This document shows, one piece after another, positions 1 to 6,634 of a DNA stretch of 39,284 nt. Positions within the stretch are counted from its first letter, which is position 1. The number at the start of each line of letters is the position of its first letter. Below the pieces are notes generated by a model, which saw nothing but the letters and a program-made list of their open reading frames with translations, was not told where the DNA came from and ran no database searches. The translations under genes and the position numbers were made by a program. Source of the stretch: an uncultured Candidatus Saccharibacteria bacterium (GTDB taxonomy: Bacteria; Patescibacteriota; Minisyncoccia; Minisyncoccales; CAZPAG01); the NCBI GenBank assembly GCA_964584545.1, contig CAZPAG010000007.1:6127-45410 (forward strand), read 5' to 3'.

Positions 1-87
1 TATGAGCTTCGCAAATAATATATTAAACATATTATGAGCTTCGCAAATAATATATTAAACATATTATGAGCTTCGCAAATAATATAT
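1..87. repeat. 32-bp tandem repeat, about 2.7 copies (unit tatgagcttcgcaaataatatattaaacatat)
   Basis: Units at 1-32 and 33-64 are identical. The third copy, 65-87, is identical and then diverges. The array touches the left edge of the window, so it may be longer. It lies immediately upstream of ftsX. Confidence 0.9.
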
Positions 88-109
88 CGGCGATATTTTG
101 TAAAAAATT

Positions 110-1018
110 ATGATAGTAGCGTTCAAGAGAATAATTAAATCGGGCTGGCAGGGGTTTTTCAGGGACGGCCATTTGGCTTTGGCCACTATTTTCATTTTGG
201 CTATGACCGTAATATTGATCGTCTCCTTCTTTTTTATGAAGGATATTGGAAGGGTCTTGATTTCTTCTTTACGGGAGAAGGTTGATATATCGGTCTATTT
301 CAAAGACGGTACTTCGGAAGATAATATTCTAAAGGCGGAAGAGGAGATTCTCCAACTTATTGAAGTCAAAGAAGTGAAATACGTTTCTGCTGAAGAAGCC
401 CTTGCTAATTTCATTGAAAAAAATAAAGACGATTTAGTTTTGATGGAGTCTTTGCAGGAAGTCGGGGGTAATCCTTTCTTGGCTTCCCTGGGTATCAAAT
501 CCCAACAGGCCAGCCAGTACGAAGCAATAAGCGCTTTTTTAAGCAAGTCTGATTTCAGAGATTCTATTGAGAAGATAGATTACTTCCAGAGAAAGTCGGC
601 CATAGACAAGATTTTCTCCGTAGCCAGTTTAGCTGAAAAATTCGGTATTTCTTTGGCAGTGATTTTGACAATAGTGGCGGTTTTGGTTACTTTCAATACG
701 ATAAGGCTTACTATTTACAACCAGAGGGAAGAGATTAAGATACAAAGGCTGGTGGGAGCTTCAAACGGGTTTATCCAGGGACCTTTTATATTCGAGGGAG
801 TGGTTTTGGGAACGGCTGCAGCTCTCATTTCTTTGATAGTTTTTTCCTTGACTTGTTGGATTCTGGCTCCTAAAGCCACTGTTTTGCTTTCGGATATAAA
901 TATCTTTCAGTTGTTTGTGCAGAGTTTCTGGAGCTTATTACTGATTCAGTTAATAACCGGGGTGGGCTTAGGAGTATTCTCCAGCTTGATTGCTATAAGA
1001 AAGTATCTGAAGGTATAG
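110..1018 (+). CDS. ftsX: Cell division permease-like protein FtsX
   Basis: 302-aa ORF with FtsX-family architecture: an N-terminal TM helix, a large extracytoplasmic loop (DISVYFKD...VKYVSAEEAL) and three C-terminal TM helices. Confidence 0.8.
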   Translation: MIVAFKRIIKSGWQGFFRDGHLALATIFILAMTVILIVSFFFMKDIGRVLISSLREKVDISVYFKDGTSEDNILKAEEEILQLIEVKEVKYVSAEEALANFIEKNKDDLVLMESLQEVGGNPFLASLGIKSQQASQYEAISAFLSKSDFRDSIEKIDYFQRKSAIDKIFSVASLAEKFGISLAVILTIVAVLVTFNTIRLTIYNQREEIKIQRLVGASNGFIQGPFIFEGVVLGTAAALISLIVFSLTCWILAPKATVLLSDINIFQLFVQSFWSLLLIQLITGVGLGVFSSLIAIRKYLKV

Positions 1019-1022
1019 TTAT

Positions 1023-1093
1023 TCCGGGTTCGTCTAATGGCAGGACAGTGGACTCTGAATCCACTAATCTTCGTTCGAATCGAAGACCCGGAG
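1023..1093 (+). tRNA. tRNA-Gln (anticodon CUG)
   Basis: Hand-folded cloverleaf. Acceptor tccgggt/acccgga. Anticodon stem gtgga/tccac with loop ctCTGaa. T arm cttcg-ttcgaat-cgaag. U1:A72 pair and discriminator G. No encoded CCA. Confidence 0.9.
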
Positions 1094-1142
1094 CAGACGA
1101 TTAACTCATTGAAGGTTATCTCAATAAAATAAAGCATAGCTC

Positions 1143-1161
1143 GTTGAGGATCGACCTCAAC
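1143..1161. repeat. Palindromic element GTTGAGG-N5-CCTCAAC (ATCGA-loop subtype)
   Basis: gttgaggatcgacctcaac: a 7-bp perfect inverted repeat around a 5-nt centre. It belongs to a family seen six or more times in the window. Confidence 0.9.
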
Positions 1162-1167
1162 AAAAAA

Positions 1168-1200
1168 CAGGCATCAGACTTAATGATGCTTGTTTTTTTT
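1168..1200 (+). terminator. Rho-independent terminator
   Basis: 9-bp stem caggcatca/tgatgcttg (one G-U pair), a 7-nt loop, then T8. Confidence 0.8.
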
Positions 1201-1247
1201 GCGGGAAGTGGTAATGTAGAAAACGATAAAATTAAGGAGGTAGCACG

Positions 1248-1553
1248 TTGAAAATTCCAGGACCTGAGGATGTGGGTAGCGCCTGGCCGTTACAGGGGAG
1301 CCAAAGACTCGTTTTTGAGGATATAATTGATAAAGTGCAGCGTTTCTTAGACGCGGCGGAACCTAGACAGAGGGATTACGAGGGGGAGATAAAGGTGAAT
1401 ATGCCTACTAATTTCTCTATGGATGAATCGGAAAAATTTGTAGCTGGCACCTTTGAAACCAAATTGAAAGGAGAAGGGTGGCGAGTCGCCACATTGAAAT
1501 CAGTTAATAAAACTATTTTGAGAATCACTTTTGAGTTCAAGTTACGCCGCTGA
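1248..1553 (+). CDS. Hypothetical protein (101 aa)
   Basis: TTG start preceded by a strong AAGGAGG (1233-1239) at 8-nt spacing. Followed by its own terminator. No family recognised. Confidence 0.6.
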   Translation: MKIPGPEDVGSAWPLQGSQRLVFEDIIDKVQRFLDAAEPRQRDYEGEIKVNMPTNFSMDESEKFVAGTFETKLKGEGWRVATLKSVNKTILRITFEFKLRR

Positions 1554-1580
1554 GATAGGCCAGCATGAGATTTATTCAAC

Positions 1581-1614
1581 CCCCGGAGTAGATGCTTCGG
1601 GGATTTTTATTTTA
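1581..1614 (+). terminator. Rho-independent terminator
   Basis: ccccg...cgggg stem followed by the atttttatttt tract. Confidence 0.6.
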
Positions 1615-1721
1615 GCTTGAAGTATTTTATATATAGAGCTAATCTAAAAATAGACTAGACGTAAAATTTCCAACTTGAATCCGAGTATCCCAGCAAATAA
1701 ATTTAATATCAAAAAACGAAC

Positions 1722-1754
1722 AAAAAAAGTACCCGTTCGGAAATCCGAACGGGT
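1722..1754 (-). terminator. Rho-independent terminator for the minus-strand 232-aa gene
   Basis: Perfect 10-bp stem acccgttcgg/ccgaacgggt with a 4-nt loop, followed on the minus strand by T7. Confidence 0.85.
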
Positions 1755-1777
1755 GTTCTATTTTGTCTCATTGCGAT

Positions 1778-2476
1778 CTATGCAACAGCATTAACGAAGG
1801 GGGATAACTCCCCGAAGGTTTGCTCACGGAGGCCGTGCATGCGACACACGGCAATCGCCCATTCAACGTCCTCTCGTCTGCCACCATATTGTTCATCCCA
1901 GACAATTTTTATCAAAGGGCTGTGGTCTTCCGGGAACTCGAGGCTTTTTTCTGCCAATTCCTTGCCGGATATACCTCCTCTTCTGGGCAATTTTCCTAAG
2001 AGGGAGAGAAAGAAATGGGCCATTTTAGAAACGACGAAAACTCCTGCAGGGCCTTGTTCGTCAGCGTCAAGTTGTTTGTACAGGAACAGATTTCCTATAT
2101 AACCTTTCTCAACGTAGAAGGGAGCAATCTGTTTTATCGTCGCTATTGGCATGCGCGGATGGTCGAGGTTGGAGAACCGGATAAATCGTGGCAGTTGTTG
2201 ACGCAAGAGGAAAGAGTGAATGTCTTCCGGGGTAATTTCGGAATCTCGGACCAATCCTCCTGGCGTATGATATTGCGCGGTGCTGAGCGAAGCATTGCTG
2301 TCCATAACATAGCCGACGGTTTTTGAAACAGTGCCAGTTTCTGGCATCTCCCAGTGAGCATTAAGAGTGCCACATGCGTGGAGCCATGGCTCGGGAGTAA
2401 GTCTGATAAGGTCGAGCACGAGCTTTCTCGATTTCTCTTCGTTACAGTGGATTCTAAAGAACAACATATTTTCCAT
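1778..2476 (-). CDS. Hypothetical protein (232 aa), GC-rich, likely foreign
   Basis: Long ORF. I place the start at the ATG at 2476 (MENMLFF...) because AAGGAGG lies 8 nt upstream. The TTG at 2494 in the ORF track lies just upstream of that Shine-Dalgarno motif, which then falls inside the extended reading frame. No family recognised. Confidence 0.65.
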   Translation of the reverse strand: MENMLFFRIHCNEEKSRKLVLDLIRLTPEPWLHACGTLNAHWEMPETGTVSKTVGYVMDSNASLSTAQYHTPGGLVRDSEITPEDIHSFLLRQQLPRFIRFSNLDHPRMPIATIKQIAPFYVEKGYIGNLFLYKQLDADEQGPAGVFVVSKMAHFFLSLLGKLPRRGGISGKELAEKSLEFPEDHSPLIKIVWDEQYGGRREDVEWAIAVCRMHGLREQTFGELSPFVNAVA

Positions 2477-2590
2477 TTGCAAATCCTCCTTCAAATGGTT
2501 GTTTATTTAATTCAAACTACCATTAAATAGATAAACGTCAAGCTTTCTCGCCATTAGGGGTGTTTTTGTTTTGGCTAATTCTCGGAATGA

Positions 2591-2672
2591 TTCCAACGTC
2601 GTCCTAGGCCCCTCTGACTTGCGTAATTCAAAAATCGCCACTTTGACGTTTTTTTGATAGAATAAAATATAT
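2591..2672 (+). repeat. Intergenic junction module, copy 1 (ttccaacgtcgtcc...aaaatcgcc...T-run...TGATAGAAT)
   Basis: Aligns by eye with 4612-4684. Shared blocks: ttccaac[g/a]tcgtcc, aaaatcgc, acg[t/g]tttttt, g[a/g]tagaata. Confidence 0.7.
2655..2663 (+). promoter_or_regulatory. Extended -10 promoter element TGATAGAAT
   Basis: TGnTAnAAT-type motif directly after a T-run. The same arrangement recurs at 4391, 4666, 7168 and 17986. Confidence 0.45.
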
Positions 2673-2679
2673 ACCACAC

Positions 2680-3141
2680 ATTCACGATTTAATAGATTTT
2701 GTAGTTGAGGCCTTTATTATCCAGGAAAATAGAGTACTTTTAATACGCCACAAGAAACTTGATAAGTGGTTACCAGTTGGCGGACATATTGAATTAGACG
2801 AGGACCCAGAAGAGGCTTTGCTTAGAGAAGTTAAAGAAGAGTGTGGCTTAGAGATAGAAGTTTTGGGCAAAAAGCCCGCAATTGAATCTGAAGGAACAAA
2901 ATTTTTATATACACCGTCGTTTTTAGATATCCACAAAATTTCAGAAACCCATAAACATATTGGGTTTGTGTATTTTGCAAAAGCTAAATCAAATAAGTTT
3001 ACATTTAATAGAGAAGAGCACAAAAGCATAAGATGGTTTAGTGAAGCAGACTTACAGAAACCCGAATTTAATCTTAGCTCAGCTGTTAGATTTTATAGCA
3101 GGGAAGCCCAAAACAGCCCGAATTTCCCCTTAGAAGCTTAG
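2680..3141 (+). CDS. NUDIX hydrolase; start codon unresolved (no ATG/GTG/TTG upstream of the NUDIX box)
   Basis: NUDIX box GGHIELDEDPEEALLREVKEECGL. The frame is open from 2647. The first canonical start is the TTG at 2818, which lies inside the box. The ATT at 2680 is only a guess. Confidence 0.6.
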   Translation: MHDLIDFVVEAFIIQENRVLLIRHKKLDKWLPVGGHIELDEDPEEALLREVKEECGLEIEVLGKKPAIESEGTKFLYTPSFLDIHKISETHKHIGFVYFAKAKSNKFTFNREEHKSIRWFSEADLQKPEFNLSSAVRFYSREAQNSPNFPLEA

Positions 3142-3165
3142 TTCTGGACCAGGGGTCACAGCAAG
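3101..3165 (+). repeat. Direct repeat B, copy 1
   Basis: gggaagcccaaaacagccc (19/19 identical to 4294-4312), followed by a related tail (gttctggaccaggggtcacagc vs gttcagaactgaggtacacagc). Overlaps the 3' end of the NUDIX ORF. Confidence 0.75.
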
Positions 3166-3168
3166 CAA

Positions 3169-3648
3169 ATGAATTTAAGTAAAATTAATTACAAATTAAT
3201 AGGACGTCTTAGGAATCTTGCTAAAACTTGTCTTGATAACGGTGACTATCTTGGATCATTTTTGTTAAAATTTATTTTATTAGAAGGAACGGTTGCGCAT
3301 ATAGTTGCTATGAGAGTCACTGATAAGCCCCAAGCAGACAATGATACAATTTCTAAATTCGAGCAAAGCCATCATTTTATAAATCTGATAGACTATTTCT
3401 ATCTTCTCACAAGCGATATAAAAGCATATAAGGAATTAGGGGAACTAAATAAAAGGAGGAACAAAATCGTTCATGAAATATTTGAATATCAAACCTACGA
3501 TCAAATTCTTCAGGAAGCCAGAGAATTATCTTTAAAAATTGAAGGATTAGATCAGTACCTCCTCAATACTTACTGGCCAAAAGCCAAAGATAGCGAACCA
3601 AAAATTAATCCCCCAACCGAGACGCCTAAGATAATTAATATCGGATAA
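3169..3648 (+). CDS. HEPN-like protein (putative RNase, Rx4H motif)
   Basis: 159-aa, largely helical-looking sequence with NKRRNKIVHE (R-N-x3-H, the HEPN catalytic signature) in the C-terminal half. Assignment rests on this motif only. Confidence 0.45.
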   Translation: MNLSKINYKLIGRLRNLAKTCLDNGDYLGSFLLKFILLEGTVAHIVAMRVTDKPQADNDTISKFEQSHHFINLIDYFYLLTSDIKAYKELGELNKRRNKIVHEIFEYQTYDQILQEARELSLKIEGLDQYLLNTYWPKAKDSEPKINPPTETPKIINIG

Positions 3649-3662
3649 ATTCATATAAACGT

Positions 3663-4256
3663 ATGTCATCATTAGCCATTAAGTTTTTCGCTCCCATTAT
3701 CGAACCAACTGCTAATGCGTTAATGAAAGTTTTGGACGACGCCATAAATGAAGGAATTAAAGAAATAATTTTATTAATATCCACTCCGGGTGGTAGTGTT
3801 TTCCACGGCATTAGTATTTATAATTATTTAAAAGGTTTACCGTTCGATAAAGTCACTACTCATAATTTTGGAAGCGTCGATTCTATCGGCGTAGTGATTT
3901 ACTGTGCCGGGAAACAGCGCTTCTCTTCTCCACAGGCCCGCTTTCTTATACATGGCGTATCAGCAAATTTTCCTCAACCCATAAGTCTTGAAGAACCACA
4001 ATTAAACGAAAGATTAAAGGGAATTAAAATCGACATTGAGAATATCGCAAAGGTTATCGCTGAGAATAGTGGTAAGACCGTAGAGGATGTGACAAAGGCC
4101 ATGCTTGAGAGGACAACCTTGAATCCGACGCAGGCGAAAGAGTGGGGATTGGTCCACGAAATTAAATCCGAAGTTTTTCCCGTTGGGACCCAGATCGTTT
4201 CAATAACAGCACCAGAGATTCCATTTAATCCTCCAAACCCACGCGCTTCGAGTTAA
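3663..4256 (+). CDS. ClpP/crotonase-fold serine protease (SDH / S14-S49-like)
   Basis: ISTPGGSV, GSVDSIG (candidate nucleophile Ser) and FLIHGV (candidate His) match the ClpP-fold motif order. 197 aa. Starts 14 nt after the HEPN-like gene. Confidence 0.7.
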   Translation: MSSLAIKFFAPIIEPTANALMKVLDDAINEGIKEIILLISTPGGSVFHGISIYNYLKGLPFDKVTTHNFGSVDSIGVVIYCAGKQRFSSPQARFLIHGVSANFPQPISLEEPQLNERLKGIKIDIENIAKVIAENSGKTVEDVTKAMLERTTLNPTQAKEWGLVHEIKSEVFPVGTQIVSITAPEIPFNPPNPRASS

Positions 4257-4293
4257 AATTTGACGACAAACCCTTTGACCGAGACGCATCACT

Positions 4294-4357
4294 GGGAAGC
4301 CCAAAACAGCCCTAATTTTTTCCTTAAAACTGGGGTTCAGAACTGAGGTACACAGCT
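4294..4357 (+). repeat. Direct repeat B, copy 2
   Basis: See 3101-3165. Lies 38 nt after the stop of the ClpP-fold gene. Confidence 0.75.
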
Positions 4358-4390
4358 AAAAATTTCAAGATTGAAGGGCTTGATTTTTTT

Positions 4391-4399
4391 TGATAATAT
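4391..4399 (+). promoter_or_regulatory. Extended -10 promoter element TGATAATAT
   Basis: Follows a T8 run. Lies 35 nt upstream of the small zinc-ribbon ORF. Confidence 0.4.
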
Positions 4400-4433
4400 T
4401 ATAGAAGGAAGGTATTAAAAAAGGAGAGATAAT

Positions 4434-4583
4434 ATGCAAGGGAATGATATCTGTTTAAACTGTGCTCTCAATGATCCAGAAAAAACGCATTGTAATGAAT
4501 GTATGATGAGGTATGTGCTTCAGGATAAAGAAAAGGAATCAAACGAAGAAATTATCCTCCAGCAAGAGGCCGCGCAGTTGTAA
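4434..4583 (+). CDS. Small CxxC...CxxC zinc-ribbon protein (49 aa); absent from the ORF track
   Basis: ATG preceded by AAGGAGAG. Translation: MQGNDICLNCALNDPEKTHCNECMMRYVLQDKEKESNEEIILQQEAAQL. The terminator overlaps the stop codon. Confidence 0.55.
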   Translation: MQGNDICLNCALNDPEKTHCNECMMRYVLQDKEKESNEEIILQQEAAQL

Positions 4584-4603
4584 AAAGCGGCCTTTTATTT
4601 TTT
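4567..4603 (+). terminator. Rho-independent terminator
   Basis: Stem aggccgc/gcggcct followed by ttttattttttt. Confidence 0.75.
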
Positions 4604-4611
4604 AAAATAGG

Positions 4612-4684
4612 TTCCAACATCGTCCCAGACCCCCAGCTATGAAAATCGCTAACCAAACGGTTTTTTGGTAGAATAGAATAAGAG
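4612..4684 (+). repeat. Intergenic junction module, copy 2
   Basis: Homologous to 2591-2672. Confidence 0.7.
4666..4674 (+). promoter_or_regulatory. Extended -10 promoter element TGGTAGAAT
   Basis: Same T-run + TGnTAGAAT layout as at 2655. Confidence 0.45.
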
Positions 4685-4714
4685 AAAGTAATAAATTAAT
4701 TATAAAATAGATCT

Positions 4715-4807
4715 ATGGATCAAGAATCTATTCAAATCCCTAAGCAAGAAGCATTAAAACAAATTGCAGACGTTTTAAGCGTTAGCATTGATGATTTAAT
4801 GAAGTAA
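4715..4807 (+). CDS. 30-aa ORF resembling the C-terminal half of an XRE-type HTH (possible controller-protein remnant)
   Basis: The sequence ...EALKQIADVLSVSIDDLMK resembles the recognition-helix end of XRE HTH proteins. A stop lies only 3 codons upstream of the ATG, so the first HTH helices are missing. Confidence 0.3.
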   Translation: MDQESIQIPKQEALKQIADVLSVSIDDLMK

Positions 4808-4813
4808 GAAAGT

Positions 4814-5290
4814 ATGAAAACTAACCATAAAATCATAATTGGCGATTCGCGTAATATGGCGGAATTACAAAATAAATCCGTTCATCTTGTCATCACTTCG
4901 CCACCATATTGGCAATTAAAAGATTACGGAACTTCGGACCAAATTGGTTTTAATGATAGCTACGAGGATTACATCAACAATCTTAATTTAGTTTGGAAAG
5001 AATGTCTTAGAGTGTTAAATGATGGTTGCCGTCTTTGTATAAATATTGGTGATCAATTTGCTCGTTCAGTTTATTATGGCCGTTATAAAATTATTCCTAT
5101 TCGAACGGAAATAATAAAATTTTGCGAAACCATAGGATTTGATTATATGGGTGCGATTATTTGGCAAAAAGCTACAACGATGAATACTACCGGTGGAGCG
5201 ACCATAATGGGTAGTTTTCCTTATCCAAGAAATGGAATAATCAAATTTAGCAAAACAATAAATCTTGATTTTCAATATAATACTCTATAA
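4814..5290 (+). pseudogene. Truncated beta-class N4/N6 DNA methyltransferase (motif IV TSPPY present, SAM-binding motif I region missing)
   Basis: VHLVITSPPYW, RLCINIGD and IIWQK...GSFPYPRNG are typical of the N6_N4_Mtase family. The ORF ends at 158 aa, before the expected C-terminal FxGxG module. Its last 44 nt overlap the convergent 335-aa gene. Confidence 0.7.
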
Positions 5291-6254
5291 TCATAAAATT
5301 GTATTTTTTAAGATTAGAAATTTTAGCTATACTTTTTTGAAAATAATCCCCAAGATATTTTTTAAGACGAATATTATTTTCATCTTTTAGAACAATTAAG
5401 AAAAAATTCATTTGCGTTTGATTTGTTTCAAGGCGATCGGAGTACAGAGAATATGTACAATATTTAACAATTTCCTTCTCAATTGCAGGAATCATACTTT
5501 TTTCTAACCCTGTTTTTTTAAGTTCAAGTACATTTGTATTATCTTTATTAAAAATTATAATATCAGAAGGATAGGCGTTGCCAAAAATAAATTGGTTGTA
5601 AATAGTTGAATAATTTAGTTCGTTTTTGGGATGAGTATTTAAAATATTATTTAGGCTATTATAAGTAACATCTTTTTGGCTTTTCAGGCAAAGGATGATA
5701 AATGCCTCTAAATCACTTTCGGAAGAAAAAAATAGTTTTTTGTATAATTTATTTTTGTCGGCAATGAATTTTTGATCGACTTTTAACTTATCGTGTTCTG
5801 GGATGTAATCTTTGTTATTTATCGATTCAGAATTATTCCCATAATTTTTTATAGTATCTAATATAAATTCACCCTCTTGCTTATTAAGACATATTGAATG
5901 CAAATGTTTATTTTGTTGTAATAAGCATATAAGATTAAAAGCAAAATCTCTTTTTTCAGAACCTATTCCATTTAAGTAAATATCTGTTTCGTTAATATAT
6001 TGTAATTTATCATATTCAATTTTAATCCTATAATAATACTTTTGACTTGGAAATATTATCTTTTTATCATAAAATAAAGTTTCTGTAACTTTAAATGGTC
6101 CATAAATGTTTTGCGATTTATAATTAAATTGTGAAATAAAAACAAAATCTCCAATTTCAATATTAGCAAGCCAGTTTGAACTAGTGGCTCCATAAATACC
6201 GTTCTCAATACATTCATTAGCAAATTTGACAGTTGTAAGAATATAATATCTCAT
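5247..6254 (-). CDS. Candidate modification-dependent (Type IV-like) nuclease: N-terminal PUA/EVE-like domain + C-terminal PD-(D/E)xK motif
   Basis: N-terminus MRYYILTT...IEIGDFVFISQ...IYGPFKVTE resembles EVE/PUA-like readers. C-terminus has PSDIIIF-x8-VLELKK (D...ExK). Very AT-rich (15 G/C in 5941-6000). Confidence 0.4.
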   Translation of the reverse strand: MRYYILTTVKFANECIENGIYGATSSNWLANIEIGDFVFISQFNYKSQNIYGPFKVTETLFYDKKIIFPSQKYYYRIKIEYDKLQYINETDIYLNGIGSEKRDFAFNLICLLQQNKHLHSICLNKQEGEFILDTIKNYGNNSESINNKDYIPEHDKLKVDQKFIADKNKLYKKLFFSSESDLEAFIILCLKSQKDVTYNSLNNILNTHPKNELNYSTIYNQFIFGNAYPSDIIIFNKDNTNVLELKKTGLEKSMIPAIEKEIVKYCTYSLYSDRLETNQTQMNFFLIVLKDENNIRLKKYLGDYFQKSIAKISNLKKYNFMIIEYYIENQDLLFC

Positions 6255-6301
6255 GCTATTATACTAGCGAGAGATATTATATTCGTCTAGTAAAATAAAT
6301 T

Positions 6302-6514
6302 ATGAAGAAAATCTTAAACCGACAATTTATTAAAAATAATGAAAGTCTTTTTATTCTTCATGATAAATTTTCTTTTTGGGATTTTTTTAAAATTCTAAGA
6401 AGGAGTAATTATGAGTCAGAACAAGCCTTAAATTTCATTTTCGCAAACTGTTCTTTAAGTGCCATTGTGTTTCAAGAATGTATCATAAACAATAGATATA
6501 AAAAATTAAGCTAA
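6302..6514 (+). CDS. Hypothetical 70-aa ORF; probably the 5' part of a gene interrupted by an in-frame TAA
   Basis: Same reading frame as 6635..7021. Only the single TAA at 6512-6514 separates the two open stretches. Confidence 0.35.
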   Translation: MKKILNRQFIKNNESLFILHDKFSFWDFFKILRRSNYESEQALNFIFANCSLSAIVFQECIINNRYKKLS

Positions 6515-6634
6515 AAATTTTATTTAGACAAAGCCTATCCAAAGCAGCATCTTGAGCAAATTGGAAAAACTTTATTTATTAAGGTTACTGATGTTTGTAA
6601 AGCCGAAATAGAAGATGTTACAGAAGAAGATTGT

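Noticed and set aside
1-87. CRISPR array
   Set aside because: The only tandem repeat has contiguous identical 32-bp units with no spacers. There is no repeat-spacer structure and no cas gene anywhere in the window.
2682-3029. 115-aa minus-strand ORF
   Set aside because: It is antisense to the NUDIX gene, whose plus-strand frame carries an unmistakable NUDIX box. It has no start context or recognisable motifs.
3663-4256. ClpP-fold protease as a prophage head-maturation protease (prophage remnant)
   Set aside because: No capsid, portal, terminase, tail or integrase genes are adjacent, and the gene is tightly paired with the HEPN-like ORF. This cannot be fully excluded without phylogeny, so it is listed as an alternative in the finding.
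2591-4684. Integron-like cassette array (repeats A and B as attC sites)
   Set aside because: There is no intI integrase. The repeats lack the imperfect-palindrome R''-L''/L'-R' attC architecture. The modules carry their own promoters, unlike promoterless integron cassettes. The observation is kept only as a junction-module finding.
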